Assembly (NCBI GenBank): GCA_965262915.1
Contig: OZ253564.1
Coordinates: forward strand, 1,760,001-1,824,000
Direction: 5' to 3'
DNA: 64,000 nt
DNA from: Candidatus Spongiisociaceae bacterium
Lineage (GTDB): Bacteria; Actinomycetota; Acidimicrobiia; Spongiisociales; Spongiisociaceae
In this document: piece by piece, positions 25,078 through 34,664 of the stretch
Numbering within the stretch: the stretch's first letter is position 1
Layout: each line of letters begins with the position of its first letter
Program-made: the position numbers and the translations under genes
Notes under the pieces: model-generated
Told to the model about the DNA's origin: nothing
Database searches by the model: none
What the model saw: only the letters and a program-made list of their open reading frames with translations

Positions 25078-26319
25078 ATGTCGGAAACTCCCAACCCGGC
25101 AAGCATGCACCGAGCCGCGACCCGGGCGTTCGGAAGCCGGGTGATCCCCGGGTTGGTTATCGGCCACTCCGTGTTTCACTGGATCACGCAGAGCTTCGTG
25201 GTGGTCCTGCCCGAGATCCAGCAGGCGTTCCAGTTGAGCGGCGTCGGTGTGGGCGGGATCCTCGCCGCACGGGAATTGGCGTCGGGTTTCGTGCAACTGC
25301 CCGGAGGGGTGGCGGTCGATGTCCTGCGGAGGCATTGGGGTTCGCTCCTGGTTGCGTGTCTCGTGGCTTCGGCTCTGGGTTCCTTCGTCATCGGGGCTTC
25401 CCCTGCCTACTCTCTGTTGCTGGTCGGAATGGTCATCGTCGCCGTGGCCCACTCCATCTGGCATCTGCCCGCCTCGGCGTCCCTTGCACACCATTTCCGG
25501 CACCGGCGAGGGATGGGGCTGGCCTTTCACGGTGTCGGCGGCGGCGTGGGCGACGTTGCAGGTCCTGTCGTCACCGGAGCCCTGCTGGCGTTCCTGACCT
25601 GGAGGGAGGTGCTGAGTATCTACGCTGCGGCGCCCCTGTTGCTCGGAGCGGCGGCCGTCTGGGCGTTTCGAGGTATCGGACCGGATACGCAGGATGGCGA
25701 GCGCGCGGTTGCGCTGTCAGAACGGATCGCGATCACCAGGAGGCTCCTGGGAAGCCCCGTCCTCGGCGGGCTCGCTCTGGTGTACGGGTTGCGGACGATG
25801 GCGTTGGTGGCGTTGATAACCGTCCTGCCCCTGTACCTGGGTAGCGATCTGGCATTGTCCCCGGCTTCTCGCGGGTTCCACATAGGGCTGCTCATCGCCA
25901 TGGGACTGGTCACCAAGCCGATGGTCGGATACCTGTCCGATCGGTTGGGACGCAAGCAGGTGCTGGTGCCCGGATTGGTGTGGTCCACCGTGTTGGTCCT
26001 GATGCTGATTCCCTTCGATCGGGGTGTTCCGCTCACGATCGCGGTGGCGCTCCTGGGGCTGTTCCTGTATCCCGATCAACCGGTCCTGACCGCGGCCGTC
26101 TTCGACCTCGTAGGACACCAGGTGGCGAACACCGGTCTGGGGATGGTCTCCTTTGCCGGTGCCATGATGGGCACGGTGTCCCCGCTGGTTGCCGGAGCCC
26201 TGTACGAGAGGATGGGTTTCGACTCGACGGCCTACTACATAGCGGCTCTCTTCGCTCTGTCCGCGCTGTTCTTCCTGCTATTGCCGCTCTCCAAGAAGGC
26301 CGGTCGGCAGCAGGCTTGA
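25078..26319 (+). CDS. MFS transporter
   Basis: About 12 hydrophobic segments, GYLSDRLGRK motif; start uncertain (25078 or 25105). Confidence 0.9.
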   Translation: MSETPNPASMHRAATRAFGSRVIPGLVIGHSVFHWITQSFVVVLPEIQQAFQLSGVGVGGILAARELASGFVQLPGGVAVDVLRRHWGSLLVACLVASALGSFVIGASPAYSLLLVGMVIVAVAHSIWHLPASASLAHHFRHRRGMGLAFHGVGGGVGDVAGPVVTGALLAFLTWREVLSIYAAAPLLLGAAAVWAFRGIGPDTQDGERAVALSERIAITRRLLGSPVLGGLALVYGLRTMALVALITVLPLYLGSDLALSPASRGFHIGLLIAMGLVTKPMVGYLSDRLGRKQVLVPGLVWSTVLVLMLIPFDRGVPLTIAVALLGLFLYPDQPVLTAAVFDLVGHQVANTGLGMVSFAGAMMGTVSPLVAGALYERMGFDSTAYYIAALFALSALFFLLLPLSKKAGRQQA

Positions 26320-26408
26320 CCCCCTGCTCCTCCGGTTAACGATCCGGCTCCGGAGGCGGACACGTGCCGCTTGCGAACCATCGAGAGTGATAGGACGGTA
26401 GGTATGGA

Positions 26409-28178
26409 TCAGATCTCGATCCGGACGTGGACGATATCGATTCCGTGGTACTTCTGATGGCGGACGGACGAGGCATGATGCTTCAGTAGCCGGAACGAGA
26501 CCTCCTGTTCATCCGGTTCACCGATGTCGTTCATATACGCCAGATGATCCTCGAGATTCTCTCGATCAGAAGCAGCTATGAACTCCAGGTCCACCGTTCC
26601 GTTCCGGGCGCGAGCGAAGATGATCAACCTGCGTACACTGTCGGCCAGGCTGCGATCGTCCTGCTGAATAAGACTCAGCAGTATCTCCTCACCAGATGAC
26701 CGTAATCGGTTGATCGCCTCGCCTTCAAGATCCAACTTCGATGCGACCTTGCACAGGAACCGATCGATGTCCGGCAGAGCAGAGATCCTCAATTCAGTAT
26801 CCAGGCGCCTGCGTCGTGGGCCGGTCAACTCAACGAATTCGGACATCAGAATCGCTGCCAGACCACCGCTGATAATGCCGTTGCTCAGTAGCGAACTCCA
26901 GATGCGATCTAGCCGATCGCTAGAGATCCAATGGTGCTCGAATCCTGCGCCGATCCAGAAGGCTACTCCGACGATTGTAGCGGTGTGTCTATCGATGTTA
27001 TCCTGGATAATCATCCGGATTCCTCCGACAAATACCAGACCCAATAGAAAGATCATATAAGCCACTATGACAGGACTAGGAATAGACATGATTAGGGCGG
27101 TGACTTTCGGAGAAAAGGCCAACACTACGAATGTGGCTCCAACATATACCCCTGCACTGCGTGCGGCGATTCCGGTAGTAGCCACTATCGACATACCCGA
27201 AGGATCCGGGGTATTGGGCATCGTTCCGATCAATCCACTCAATACCCTCCCTACTGCCTCCGTATTGAGAGCACGTTGAACGATGCGGAAATCAGTCGCT
27301 CTCGGTATACGCCAGGAGACCTGTTGAACCGCGACGCCGGCTGCCACGGTCTTGACGGCGCTGATCAGCGTGACTAACAGAAATGTCGGCAGGAGCACCC
27401 AGAACTCCACGCCCGGGGTCAGATCCAGACCCGGCCAGGCGAGTGGGGGAATACCTACCCAGGATGCTGCGGTCACCACACGACCGTCGTACAGCCCGAA
27501 CAGGGTGGCTGTCACACAGCCTGCCAGTATTCCGATCAGGGGCGACCACGGTTGCCACGCGGATGATCCCCGCAATGCCAGTGCTACTACCACGATCAGG
27601 GTTACGGCGGCAGTGCCGAGAACGGCGGCCGGCGATGTGGCGTCCGGAGCATCCCCCAGCAAGCCGAATACGATCGGCATGATCGAGGCTGCTATCAGCA
27701 TGATCACGGTGCCGGAGATGACGGGCGTGATGATCCTGCGCAGCAGCGAGAGGTGCGGGACGAGCGCGAACTGGAGCAGCGACGAGACGACGATCAGGCT
27801 CGACAGCATGGCCGGCCCACCCTTGACCAGAGCCGTGATGCACACCGCGGCGAATACGGGGGAGGTACTCATGATAAGTATGTGTCCGGCTCCCAACCGG
27901 CCGATCCGTACAGTCTGCAGAACGGTGGTTATGCCACAAACGACCAGTGCCCCGAATATGGTCCAGGACAGGTAGCTATCGGCCTGGCCGGCCGCCCGAA
28001 CTATCACGGCCGTGTTCACGACTACCGGGGCCACGGCCGCCACGGCGATCTGCAGGGCGACGCCGAGGGCCACCGGCGTCGGAGGGCGTTCGTTCGGCTC
28101 GTACCGGATACTGTTGTCGGGTTGAGGCGTTTCCAAGTGCACCCCTTCGATTGGCATCACAGACGACGGGCCAACCAT
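26409..28178 (-). CDS. Xanthine/uracil (NCS2) permease with a C-terminal soluble domain
   Basis: GITTVLQ..IGRLGAG, ITPVISGTVIM, FSPKV..IPSPV; ~140 aa C-terminal extension. Confidence 0.85.
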   Translation of the reverse strand: MVGPSSVMPIEGVHLETPQPDNSIRYEPNERPPTPVALGVALQIAVAAVAPVVVNTAVIVRAAGQADSYLSWTIFGALVVCGITTVLQTVRIGRLGAGHILIMSTSPVFAAVCITALVKGGPAMLSSLIVVSSLLQFALVPHLSLLRRIITPVISGTVIMLIAASIMPIVFGLLGDAPDATSPAAVLGTAAVTLIVVVALALRGSSAWQPWSPLIGILAGCVTATLFGLYDGRVVTAASWVGIPPLAWPGLDLTPGVEFWVLLPTFLLVTLISAVKTVAAGVAVQQVSWRIPRATDFRIVQRALNTEAVGRVLSGLIGTMPNTPDPSGMSIVATTGIAARSAGVYVGATFVVLAFSPKVTALIMSIPSPVIVAYMIFLLGLVFVGGIRMIIQDNIDRHTATIVGVAFWIGAGFEHHWISSDRLDRIWSSLLSNGIISGGLAAILMSEFVELTGPRRRRLDTELRISALPDIDRFLCKVASKLDLEGEAINRLRSSGEEILLSLIQQDDRSLADSVRRLIIFARARNGTVDLEFIAASDRENLEDHLAYMNDIGEPDEQEVSFRLLKHHASSVRHQKYHGIDIVHVRIEI

Positions 28179-28199
28179 TATCCGTTCTGCAGCATTCTT

Positions 28200-28634
28200 C
28201 TACAGGTATCTGAGAATGTGGGTGGCCACGGCGACGGTCTCGCCTCGCTGGTTGATGGCAACCACATCGGCCAATGCCCGTGACTTCTCAGGCACGAGGG
28301 ATGTGATGCGGTATGTGACGGTGATCGTGTCGCCGATGAACACCGGCGCCGTAAAGCGCACGCGGTCGTAGCCGAGACTGACGGCGTGGTCCCCCGAGCG
28401 GGTGATCATCATTCCGGCCGTGGTGGACATGAAACCCACGATGAGGGCGCCGTGGGCGATGCGAGCGCCGAAACGGCTCGACTCCATCACCTCCTCGTTG
28501 ACGTGCATCTCGAAGAAGTCACCGGTGATTCCGGCGAACAGGTAGATGTCGGTTTCCCCGACAGTCTTGGAGAAGGTGGTCTCATCACCGATCTCGAGAG
28601 TCGCCAAACCGGCGACGGGTTTAACGCTGGTCAC
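28200..28634 (-). CDS. MaoC-family dehydratase
   Basis: FAGITGD..MH, FGARIAHG, FTAPVFIGDT. Confidence 0.9.
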   Translation of the reverse strand: MTSVKPVAGLATLEIGDETTFSKTVGETDIYLFAGITGDFFEMHVNEEVMESSRFGARIAHGALIVGFMSTTAGMMITRSGDHAVSLGYDRVRFTAPVFIGDTITVTYRITSLVPEKSRALADVVAINQRGETVAVATHILRYL

Positions 28635-28694
28635 CGTTCACCTCCCATCCTCCGGTAGCTTACGACGAGCCCGAACGGCTGTGCCGGCGGATGA

Positions 28695-29640
28695 TCAGGG
28701 AGGTGGTCTCCACCCACCCAGAGCCTCTTCGATGAGACCGGCGACCATGAGGGCTACTTCTTCTTTCCAGGGACCGGCCCCCACCTGGACACCGATGGGC
28801 AGGCGGTCGGGTGACGTACCGGCGCGCACCACCGCGGCGGGCAGGCCGCTGAGGTTGTAGTGGTGGGTGAAGCTGGTGTGTGGCCACCCGCTCGCCACCG
28901 TACCGTGAGGTAGGGCCGGGGTCGCCCACGCAGGGGAGAGGATGGCGTCGTAGTCCTCCAGGAACGATACGAGCCGGCGCCGGAACCGGTCGCGTCTTCC
29001 GACGAGGGCGGCCGTCTCGCGGCCCGAGAGGGCAGAAGTGTCGTCGGTGTCCTCCAGCCACCGGATGAGAGGGTGGGTCTCGGTCGTGCCGGCTTCCTGC
29101 AGGAGCCGCCGGACGGTTACTCCCCCATCGGCATGGATGACGGCCTCCTCTATTGCGTGGCCATCCTCGAACCCGGGCGGTCGGGCTTCGGTAACCGATA
29201 CGCCCGCCTCCGCCACGGCCTCGGCGGCCACCTCGACGGTGCTGCACGTATAGGGGTCCGGAAGTACACCGCCGCTGTCTGTGAAGTAGGCGACCCGGAC
29301 GGAGTCGATGGCCTTCTCGCTTCCGAGGTCGAGCGGCATGCGGACCGCATATGGGTCACGACCATCGGTTCCGGACAGCAGCCGGAGCGCCAGGGCCAGA
29401 TCAGCTACGTTGCGGGCCATGGGACCGATCTGGAACATGGGGCCGAGGAGTCCCGCGAACGGGGGCCAGTGGCCGGTACTCGGCACCCGTCCCGTGGTTG
29501 GCTTGAGGCCGGCGATACCGCAGAAGTGAGCAGGCAACCGGATGCTGCCACCCACATCGCTGCCGAGGCCCAACGGAGACAGTCCGGCGGCTATGGCAGC
29601 AGCCTCACCCCCGCTGCTTCCCCCGGGAGTTCGGCACGGG
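28695..29640 (-). pseudogene. Amidase-signature enzyme, 5'-truncated
   Basis: Begins abruptly at RTPGGSSGGEAAA...LGSDVGGSIRLPA; the N-terminal third is missing. Confidence 0.85.
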
Positions 29641-29645
29641 GAGAC

Positions 29646-30055
29646 CTAAGAAGAAAGGAATCCCTCTATCGCTTCCATGAACGCTCTGCCTTGGACAGGG
29701 CGTCGGATGCGTCGACGGCTGTCCAATCACGCCTTGCATAGTCGTAGACCGCGATATTGCGGCTACGCAATAGCTCCGCTAGTATACCCCGAAGGTCCAT
29801 GGGTAAGTCCCGTTGACTAATGGCAGTATCTACTCCTATTTGGACACTCTAGTGCCCTTTAGTTCTGATACCAAGCCAACCCAATCCCACCTTAGCAGCA
29901 TAGAATACAGCATAATAGCTATCGTTGATATACTTAGGATATGTTCCGATAGATGGGTCCGACTGATAGATGGGTCCGACTGATAGATGGGTCCGAGCTG
30001 AACGCAATTCGCGTCGGCTGTCGTCCATAAGCCATTCGATATGCTGCTCATCCAT
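29646..30055 (-). pseudogene. HEPN-domain toxin, inactivated
   Basis: SYYAVFYAAK, TKGH* (TAG at 29849), RNIAVY after the stop, a further frameshift near 29680 and an internal 17-bp tandem duplication. Confidence 0.75.
29945..29996. repeat. 17-bp tandem repeat (GATAGATGGGTCCGACT), ~3 copies
   Basis: Directly visible; net in-frame 30-nt insertion in the HEPN gene. Confidence 0.9.
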
Positions 30056-30431
30056 CTACTCGCCGCCCTTCACACTTCACAAAGTAGTGAAAGTCGTCGT
30101 CGCTGGTCTCCAACCACTCCAACCTAGTGGGATGTCCTTGTATGAATACCCCATGTGATAACTGGATAGGTAATTCCACCGAACACAATGACCTGACTTC
30201 TTCACTAATCAGCCCGTGTTCGTGAAGAACTACTAGCAGGTCCACGTCCGAGTCGGGACGATGATCCCCTCTGGCCCTCGACCCGAATAGCCATACCTGT
30301 GCAAGCCGACGACCGAAGACACGCTTATAACCTGCGATAGCCTTCGATATCGCATCCTGTACAACTTCCTCAGAGGGTGTTTTGTAATCTACGGCTTGAA
30401 GGCCCCTAGTAGTCACCGACATCCTTCCCAT
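30048..30431 (-). CDS. Minimal nucleotidyltransferase (MNT) antitoxin
   Basis: LFGSRARGD...SDVDLLVV; overlaps the HEPN start. Confidence 0.9.
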   Translation of the reverse strand: MGRMSVTTRGLQAVDYKTPSEEVVQDAISKAIAGYKRVFGRRLAQVWLFGSRARGDHRPDSDVDLLVVLHEHGLISEEVRSLCSVELPIQLSHGVFIQGHPTRLEWLETSDDDFHYFVKCEGRRVDG

Positions 30432-30664
30432 AACAGATCTACGCCAGCCGATGTCGAGTTTTGTTCAAGAGAGTAGCGCTTGAACTACAACCAGCATATG
30501 GAGCATCAATCTCACATAGCTCATGTATTATACTACGCGCTCACGTGATCTGTGATCGGCCTTCATACGAGCCTGGCAACGGTGGACCTACCCGGTATCG
30601 ACTTGCCTCTCGGCGGAGGGGCTTACCATGTCACGATCGCGAGCAGCGGAGACGGAACGAGAAC

Positions 30665-31609
30665 TTGGATTACGGGCTCGGACTTCTGACGACCGGCTCC
30701 TACGAACGCGTGCTGGAGACCGCCTCATGGGTGGATAGCACGGGGCTGGTCAACTTCGCGGTCCCCGATCATTACCTTGATGAGTCGCCCGCCGGTCTGC
30801 CGATGCTCGATGCTTTCGCCGTTCTTGGGGGTCTCGCCAGGGAGACCGTGGCCGTCGAGCTGGCGGTGATCGTGAGCCCCGTCACCTTCCGGCATCCCGC
30901 GGTTCTGGCCAAAGCGGCGATCACCATCGACCGTATGTCGGGAGGCCGGTTTCTGCTCGGGGTGGGCACCGGGTGGCTCGAGAGGGAGCACACCGTTCTG
31001 GGGTTGAACTTCCCACCTCTGGCGGAGCGCTTCGACCTCCTCGAGGACGCTCTCGGCTACCTAAGGGCTGCCTTGGCCCCGGAACCGACCCCCTACACCG
31101 GCCGGTTCCACCGCCTTGAGCGACATCCGCTGCAGATCCCGCCGGGTCGGAGGGTTCCTCTGGTGGTGGGAGGCACCGGCCGGTCGCGCACGCCGAGGCT
31201 GGCGGGAATCCACGCGGATGAGCTGAACCTCCATTCCACTTCGATCGCCGGGGTCGAGGCCCGGATAGGGAGAGCGCGGAAAGCGGCGACCCTTAGCGGA
31301 CGGGATCCCGATGAACTACGCATCAGCTATTCGAGCGCCGTGGTGGCGGGCGCCAGCGATAAGGAGTACCGGTCCCGGCTCGTCGAGGCGGCCGGAAACG
31401 AAGGGATGGAGGCCGGAGAGTTCGAAGCTCTGTTGAGCCGGCGCCATACCCTCCACGGGACCTACCAGCAGGTGATCTCCAGGCTCGGCCGGCTCGAGGA
31501 GGTGGGAGTGAGCCGCTTCTACATCCAGCGGCGTCTCGAAGCCGACCTCGACGAAGCCGGGGAGATACTCGAGGGGATCGGTTTCCGAACGGGGGTGCCC
31601 GCGTCGTGA
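30665..31609 (+). CDS. LLM-class (luciferase-like, possibly F420-dependent) oxidoreductase
   Basis: VPDHY, FRHPAVLAK, DRMSGGRF.LGVGTGW, VVGGTG; TTG start at 30665 inferred. Confidence 0.88.
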   Translation: MDYGLGLLTTGSYERVLETASWVDSTGLVNFAVPDHYLDESPAGLPMLDAFAVLGGLARETVAVELAVIVSPVTFRHPAVLAKAAITIDRMSGGRFLLGVGTGWLEREHTVLGLNFPPLAERFDLLEDALGYLRAALAPEPTPYTGRFHRLERHPLQIPPGRRVPLVVGGTGRSRTPRLAGIHADELNLHSTSIAGVEARIGRARKAATLSGRDPDELRISYSSAVVAGASDKEYRSRLVEAAGNEGMEAGEFEALLSRRHTLHGTYQQVISRLGRLEEVGVSRFYIQRRLEADLDEAGEILEGIGFRTGVPAS

Positions 31610-31694
31610 TTACCCTTCCGGCAACAGGCCGTTCAGCAACGATTGCGGTCGGGCTGGTTCTCCCATCCGGCCGGGCAAAGCGAGGTGACGTCCG

Positions 31695-32489
31695 GTGACT
31701 GTTCCCCACGAGCGACGGTTCGAGTTCGATGTGCAGGGCTTCGTCCATCTCCGTGGCGCCTTGGCGCCGTCCGAGGTCGGGGAATACCTCCGGTGGGTCG
31801 AAGCTGCGGAGGGGGCCGATGTCCGGGCGCTGGGCGGCGATCACCAGGACCGGCTGATCAACCGGCCGGTCTCGCGGATCATCGACGTGGACCCTCGCTT
31901 CGCGTGTTTCCTGGATCACCCGGCGGTCGCCGACTACCTGGCAGATTTCCTGGGGACCGGCTACAAGCACATCGACAACGAGCTGTACTACACGTACCCG
32001 GGCTACAAGGGCGGACCCTGGCACCGCGGAGTCCGAGCCCATCCGACCGGCCATGTGGTGGAGGGCCGCTTTGTCTGTCCGATGGTGAAGGTCTTCTACT
32101 GCCTGTCGGCTATCGGGCCGGGCGAGGGGGAGTTCGCGGTGGTTCCCGGCAGTCACCGGGCACAATTCGACGTCGACGGTGGCCCGGCCGACCGGGACGA
32201 CGACCCCTTGCACCGCACGGCCGACGGGCGCATCGATCTCCCCGGCCAGAGGGTCTTCGACGACGTGGCGGCCGGTGACGTGATCGTTTTCAACGAGGCC
32301 CTGCTCCACACGGGCCGTCCCAATCCCTCCCCGAAGACCCGCAAGACGGTCATCGTCAACTTCGGCCGCGAGGAAGCCGGTCCGTGGCCCGGCTACCGAC
32401 CGCTACCGGCAACGTTGCAGAGTGTGACACCCCGCCAGGCTGCCATTCTCAGCACCGCCGACGGTCTGTGGGTCGAGCAAGCCTCATAG
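31695..32489 (+). CDS. Phytanoyl-CoA dioxygenase (PhyH)-family protein
   Basis: FDVQGFVHL, PWH, VVPGSH, AGDVIVFNEALLH. Confidence 0.85.
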   Translation: MTVPHERRFEFDVQGFVHLRGALAPSEVGEYLRWVEAAEGADVRALGGDHQDRLINRPVSRIIDVDPRFACFLDHPAVADYLADFLGTGYKHIDNELYYTYPGYKGGPWHRGVRAHPTGHVVEGRFVCPMVKVFYCLSAIGPGEGEFAVVPGSHRAQFDVDGGPADRDDDPLHRTADGRIDLPGQRVFDDVAAGDVIVFNEALLHTGRPNPSPKTRKTVIVNFGREEAGPWPGYRPLPATLQSVTPRQAAILSTADGLWVEQAS

Positions 32490-32516
32490 CCGCTCACACC
32501 CTGTAGATCCCACCAC

Positions 32517-32637
32517 TTTCCCCAGCGCCGCTGAGAGAATGCCGACCAATGACGATTGCTCTTGGCCCGTTGTCCGATGACCGGCCACCAGGCATGATGA
32601 GGGGCCGGGTAGGGGCCGGCGGCGACTCTCGCGCTCT
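32517..32637. repeat. Diverged intergenic repeat, copy D, bracketed by TCACACCCT/AGGGTGTGA
   Basis: Homologous to 12001-12111; 9-bp IR at 32494-32502 and 32645-32653. Confidence 0.6.
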
Positions 32638-32668
32638 GATTCTGAGGGTGTGACTCGATCCGAACCTG

Positions 32669-32924
32669 CTACCCGGACCCGAACGCTCCGGCGGCGCGCG
32701 CCTCCTCGATCTGCCCGTCGTTGAGGTCTAGTACCTCCCGTAGCACCGCTTCGGTGTGGGCGCCCAGGGCCGGTGGTTGCTTCAGGGGGATCGGGGGCGT
32801 GCCGTCGATGTGAACCGGGTTGCCAACCGTCGGGAGACGGTCGGAGCCCAGATCCACCAGTATGCCGTTGTGGATTACCTGGGGGTCAGCGACCACTGCT
32901 TCGTAATCGGCTACCGGCGCGCAG
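32669..32924 (-). pseudogene. CaiB/BaiF CoA-transferase C-terminal remnant
   Basis: CAPV..YEAVVADPQV...PPALGAHTEAVLREVL. Confidence 0.75.
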
Positions 32925-32925
32925 G

Positions 32926-33265
32926 ACGGCCAAGCTGGTGGACGTCTTCCCGGACGGGCGCTCCTTACAACGTGTGCGACGGGATCCTCCGAGCCAGGTT
33001 CAGGAACTCCTTCGAGGCGCCCGTCGCGGTGACTCCCGGTGAACCCCACCACGTCGAGATCGATCTCGGACCCACCAGCCTGGTGTTCGGCCGCGGCCAC
33101 CGGATCCGCTTGCACGTGTCGTCCAGCAACTTCCCCGCTCATGCTCGAAACCTCAACACGGGTGGGGTGAACGCCGACGAGTTCGAGCCCGTCGTGGCGC
33201 ACCAGACCCTCCTCCACGATCCGGACCACCCGTCCCACCTGCGGCTGCCTGCGAGGTGGCGCTGA
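32926..33265 (+). pseudogene. CocE/NonD hydrolase C-terminal remnant
   Basis: TAKLVDVFPDG, DGILRARFR, GHRIRLHVSSSNFP, RNLNTG; frameshift near 32965. Confidence 0.8.
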
Positions 33266-33491
33266 CGTGCCGGTGGCCGGCGGCCGGTGGTGATTCTCCG
33301 GGCCACCGGCTCGTGGCCTCACCTCGGACATTCCGGATCCTCGCGCGCTCGCGGAGTACGCGGTCGATGTCATGATCGAGAGGGTTTGAGAGGCCTCGTC
33401 CACCGCGACGCGGTCGAACCTCCCCGGTACCCGATCGACAAGTCTGAAGCAGCGGCGGGCGGATCGAAGTCTTCACGTCTACCATCCGGGC

Positions 33492-34643
33492 ATGCTCCGA
33501 TTCTTGACAGCAGGCGAGTCACACGGTCCCGGTCTGGTGACGATCGTCGAGGGTGTTCCGGCCGGGTTGACGGTCACCCGGGAGGGCTTTGGGGCCGAAT
33601 TGGCCCGCCGCAGGCTCGGGTACGGGCGCGGCGCCCGGATGAAGATCGAACAGGACAAGCTGGAGATCATGGGCGGGATCCGCCATGGGCGTACGCTCGG
33701 GTCGCCGGTGGCGGTAATCATCCGCAATACGGAGTGGCCCCGCTGGAAGGAGGAGATGTCGCCCGATCCGGGTACGCCCAAACGGCCAATGACCACGCCC
33801 CGTCCCGGACACGCCGACCTGGTGGGGATGCTCAAGTACGACACCAAGGACGCCCGCAACATCTTGGAGCGGGCTTCGGCGCGCGAGACAGCCGCGCGGA
33901 CCATCGCCGGCTACCTCGCCAAGCAATTGCTGGAGAGCATCGGCGTGACAGTGCTCAGTCACATAGTGGCTATCGGTAGGGCGATCTCGCCTTCTGAACG
34001 CCTCCCGACCATCGAGGACCTCCCGTCCATCGACTCCTCCGAGGTACGGGCTTTCGGTGCCGAGGCCGAAGCGGCCATGATCGCCGAGATCAAGCGGGCC
34101 AAGGCCGACCGGGACACGCTGGGGGGCGTCATGGAGGTGCTCGTGTACGGTCTGCCTCCCGGAGTCGGGTCCTACGTCCAGTGGGACCGGCGCCTGGATG
34201 CGAGGCTGGGGGAAGCTCTCATGTCGATCCAGGCGATGAAGGCCGTGGAGGTCGGTGACGGGCTGGAGAGTTCCCGCCGGCGGGGTTCCGAGGCCCACGA
34301 CCACATCTATTACGCAGATGGAGAGTTCTACCGCAACACCGACCGAGCGGGGGGAACCGAGGGCGGGATGACGACCGGCCAACCCCTGCGGGTCCGGGTG
34401 GCCATGAAGCCGCTCTCGACGGTGATGCGGCCCCTCCCCACTGTGAACGTGGTGACCAAGGAAGCCGAGGTCGCCTTCCGGGAGCGTTCCGACGTGTGCG
34501 CCGTGCCTGCCGCCGGGGTGGTGGCCGAGCAGATGGTGGCGATCGTGGTGACCCAGGAACTCCAGCGTAAGTTCGGGGGAGACACGGTGGACGATTTCGT
34601 GGTGAACGTCACCTCCTACCGGGCCCGGCTCCGGGCGTTCTAG
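33492..34643 (+). CDS. aroC: Chorismate synthase
   Basis: LTAGESHG, PRPGHADL, ERASARET, ERSDV. Confidence 0.97.
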   Translation: MLRFLTAGESHGPGLVTIVEGVPAGLTVTREGFGAELARRRLGYGRGARMKIEQDKLEIMGGIRHGRTLGSPVAVIIRNTEWPRWKEEMSPDPGTPKRPMTTPRPGHADLVGMLKYDTKDARNILERASARETAARTIAGYLAKQLLESIGVTVLSHIVAIGRAISPSERLPTIEDLPSIDSSEVRAFGAEAEAAMIAEIKRAKADRDTLGGVMEVLVYGLPPGVGSYVQWDRRLDARLGEALMSIQAMKAVEVGDGLESSRRRGSEAHDHIYYADGEFYRNTDRAGGTEGGMTTGQPLRVRVAMKPLSTVMRPLPTVNVVTKEAEVAFRERSDVCAVPAAGVVAEQMVAIVVTQELQRKFGGDTVDDFVVNVTSYRARLRAF

Positions 34644-34664
34644 CGCTCCCCTGACGGAGGGTCG

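Noticed and set aside
29945-29996. CRISPR-like repeats
   Set aside because: Tandem 17-mers with no spacers and no cas genes in the window.
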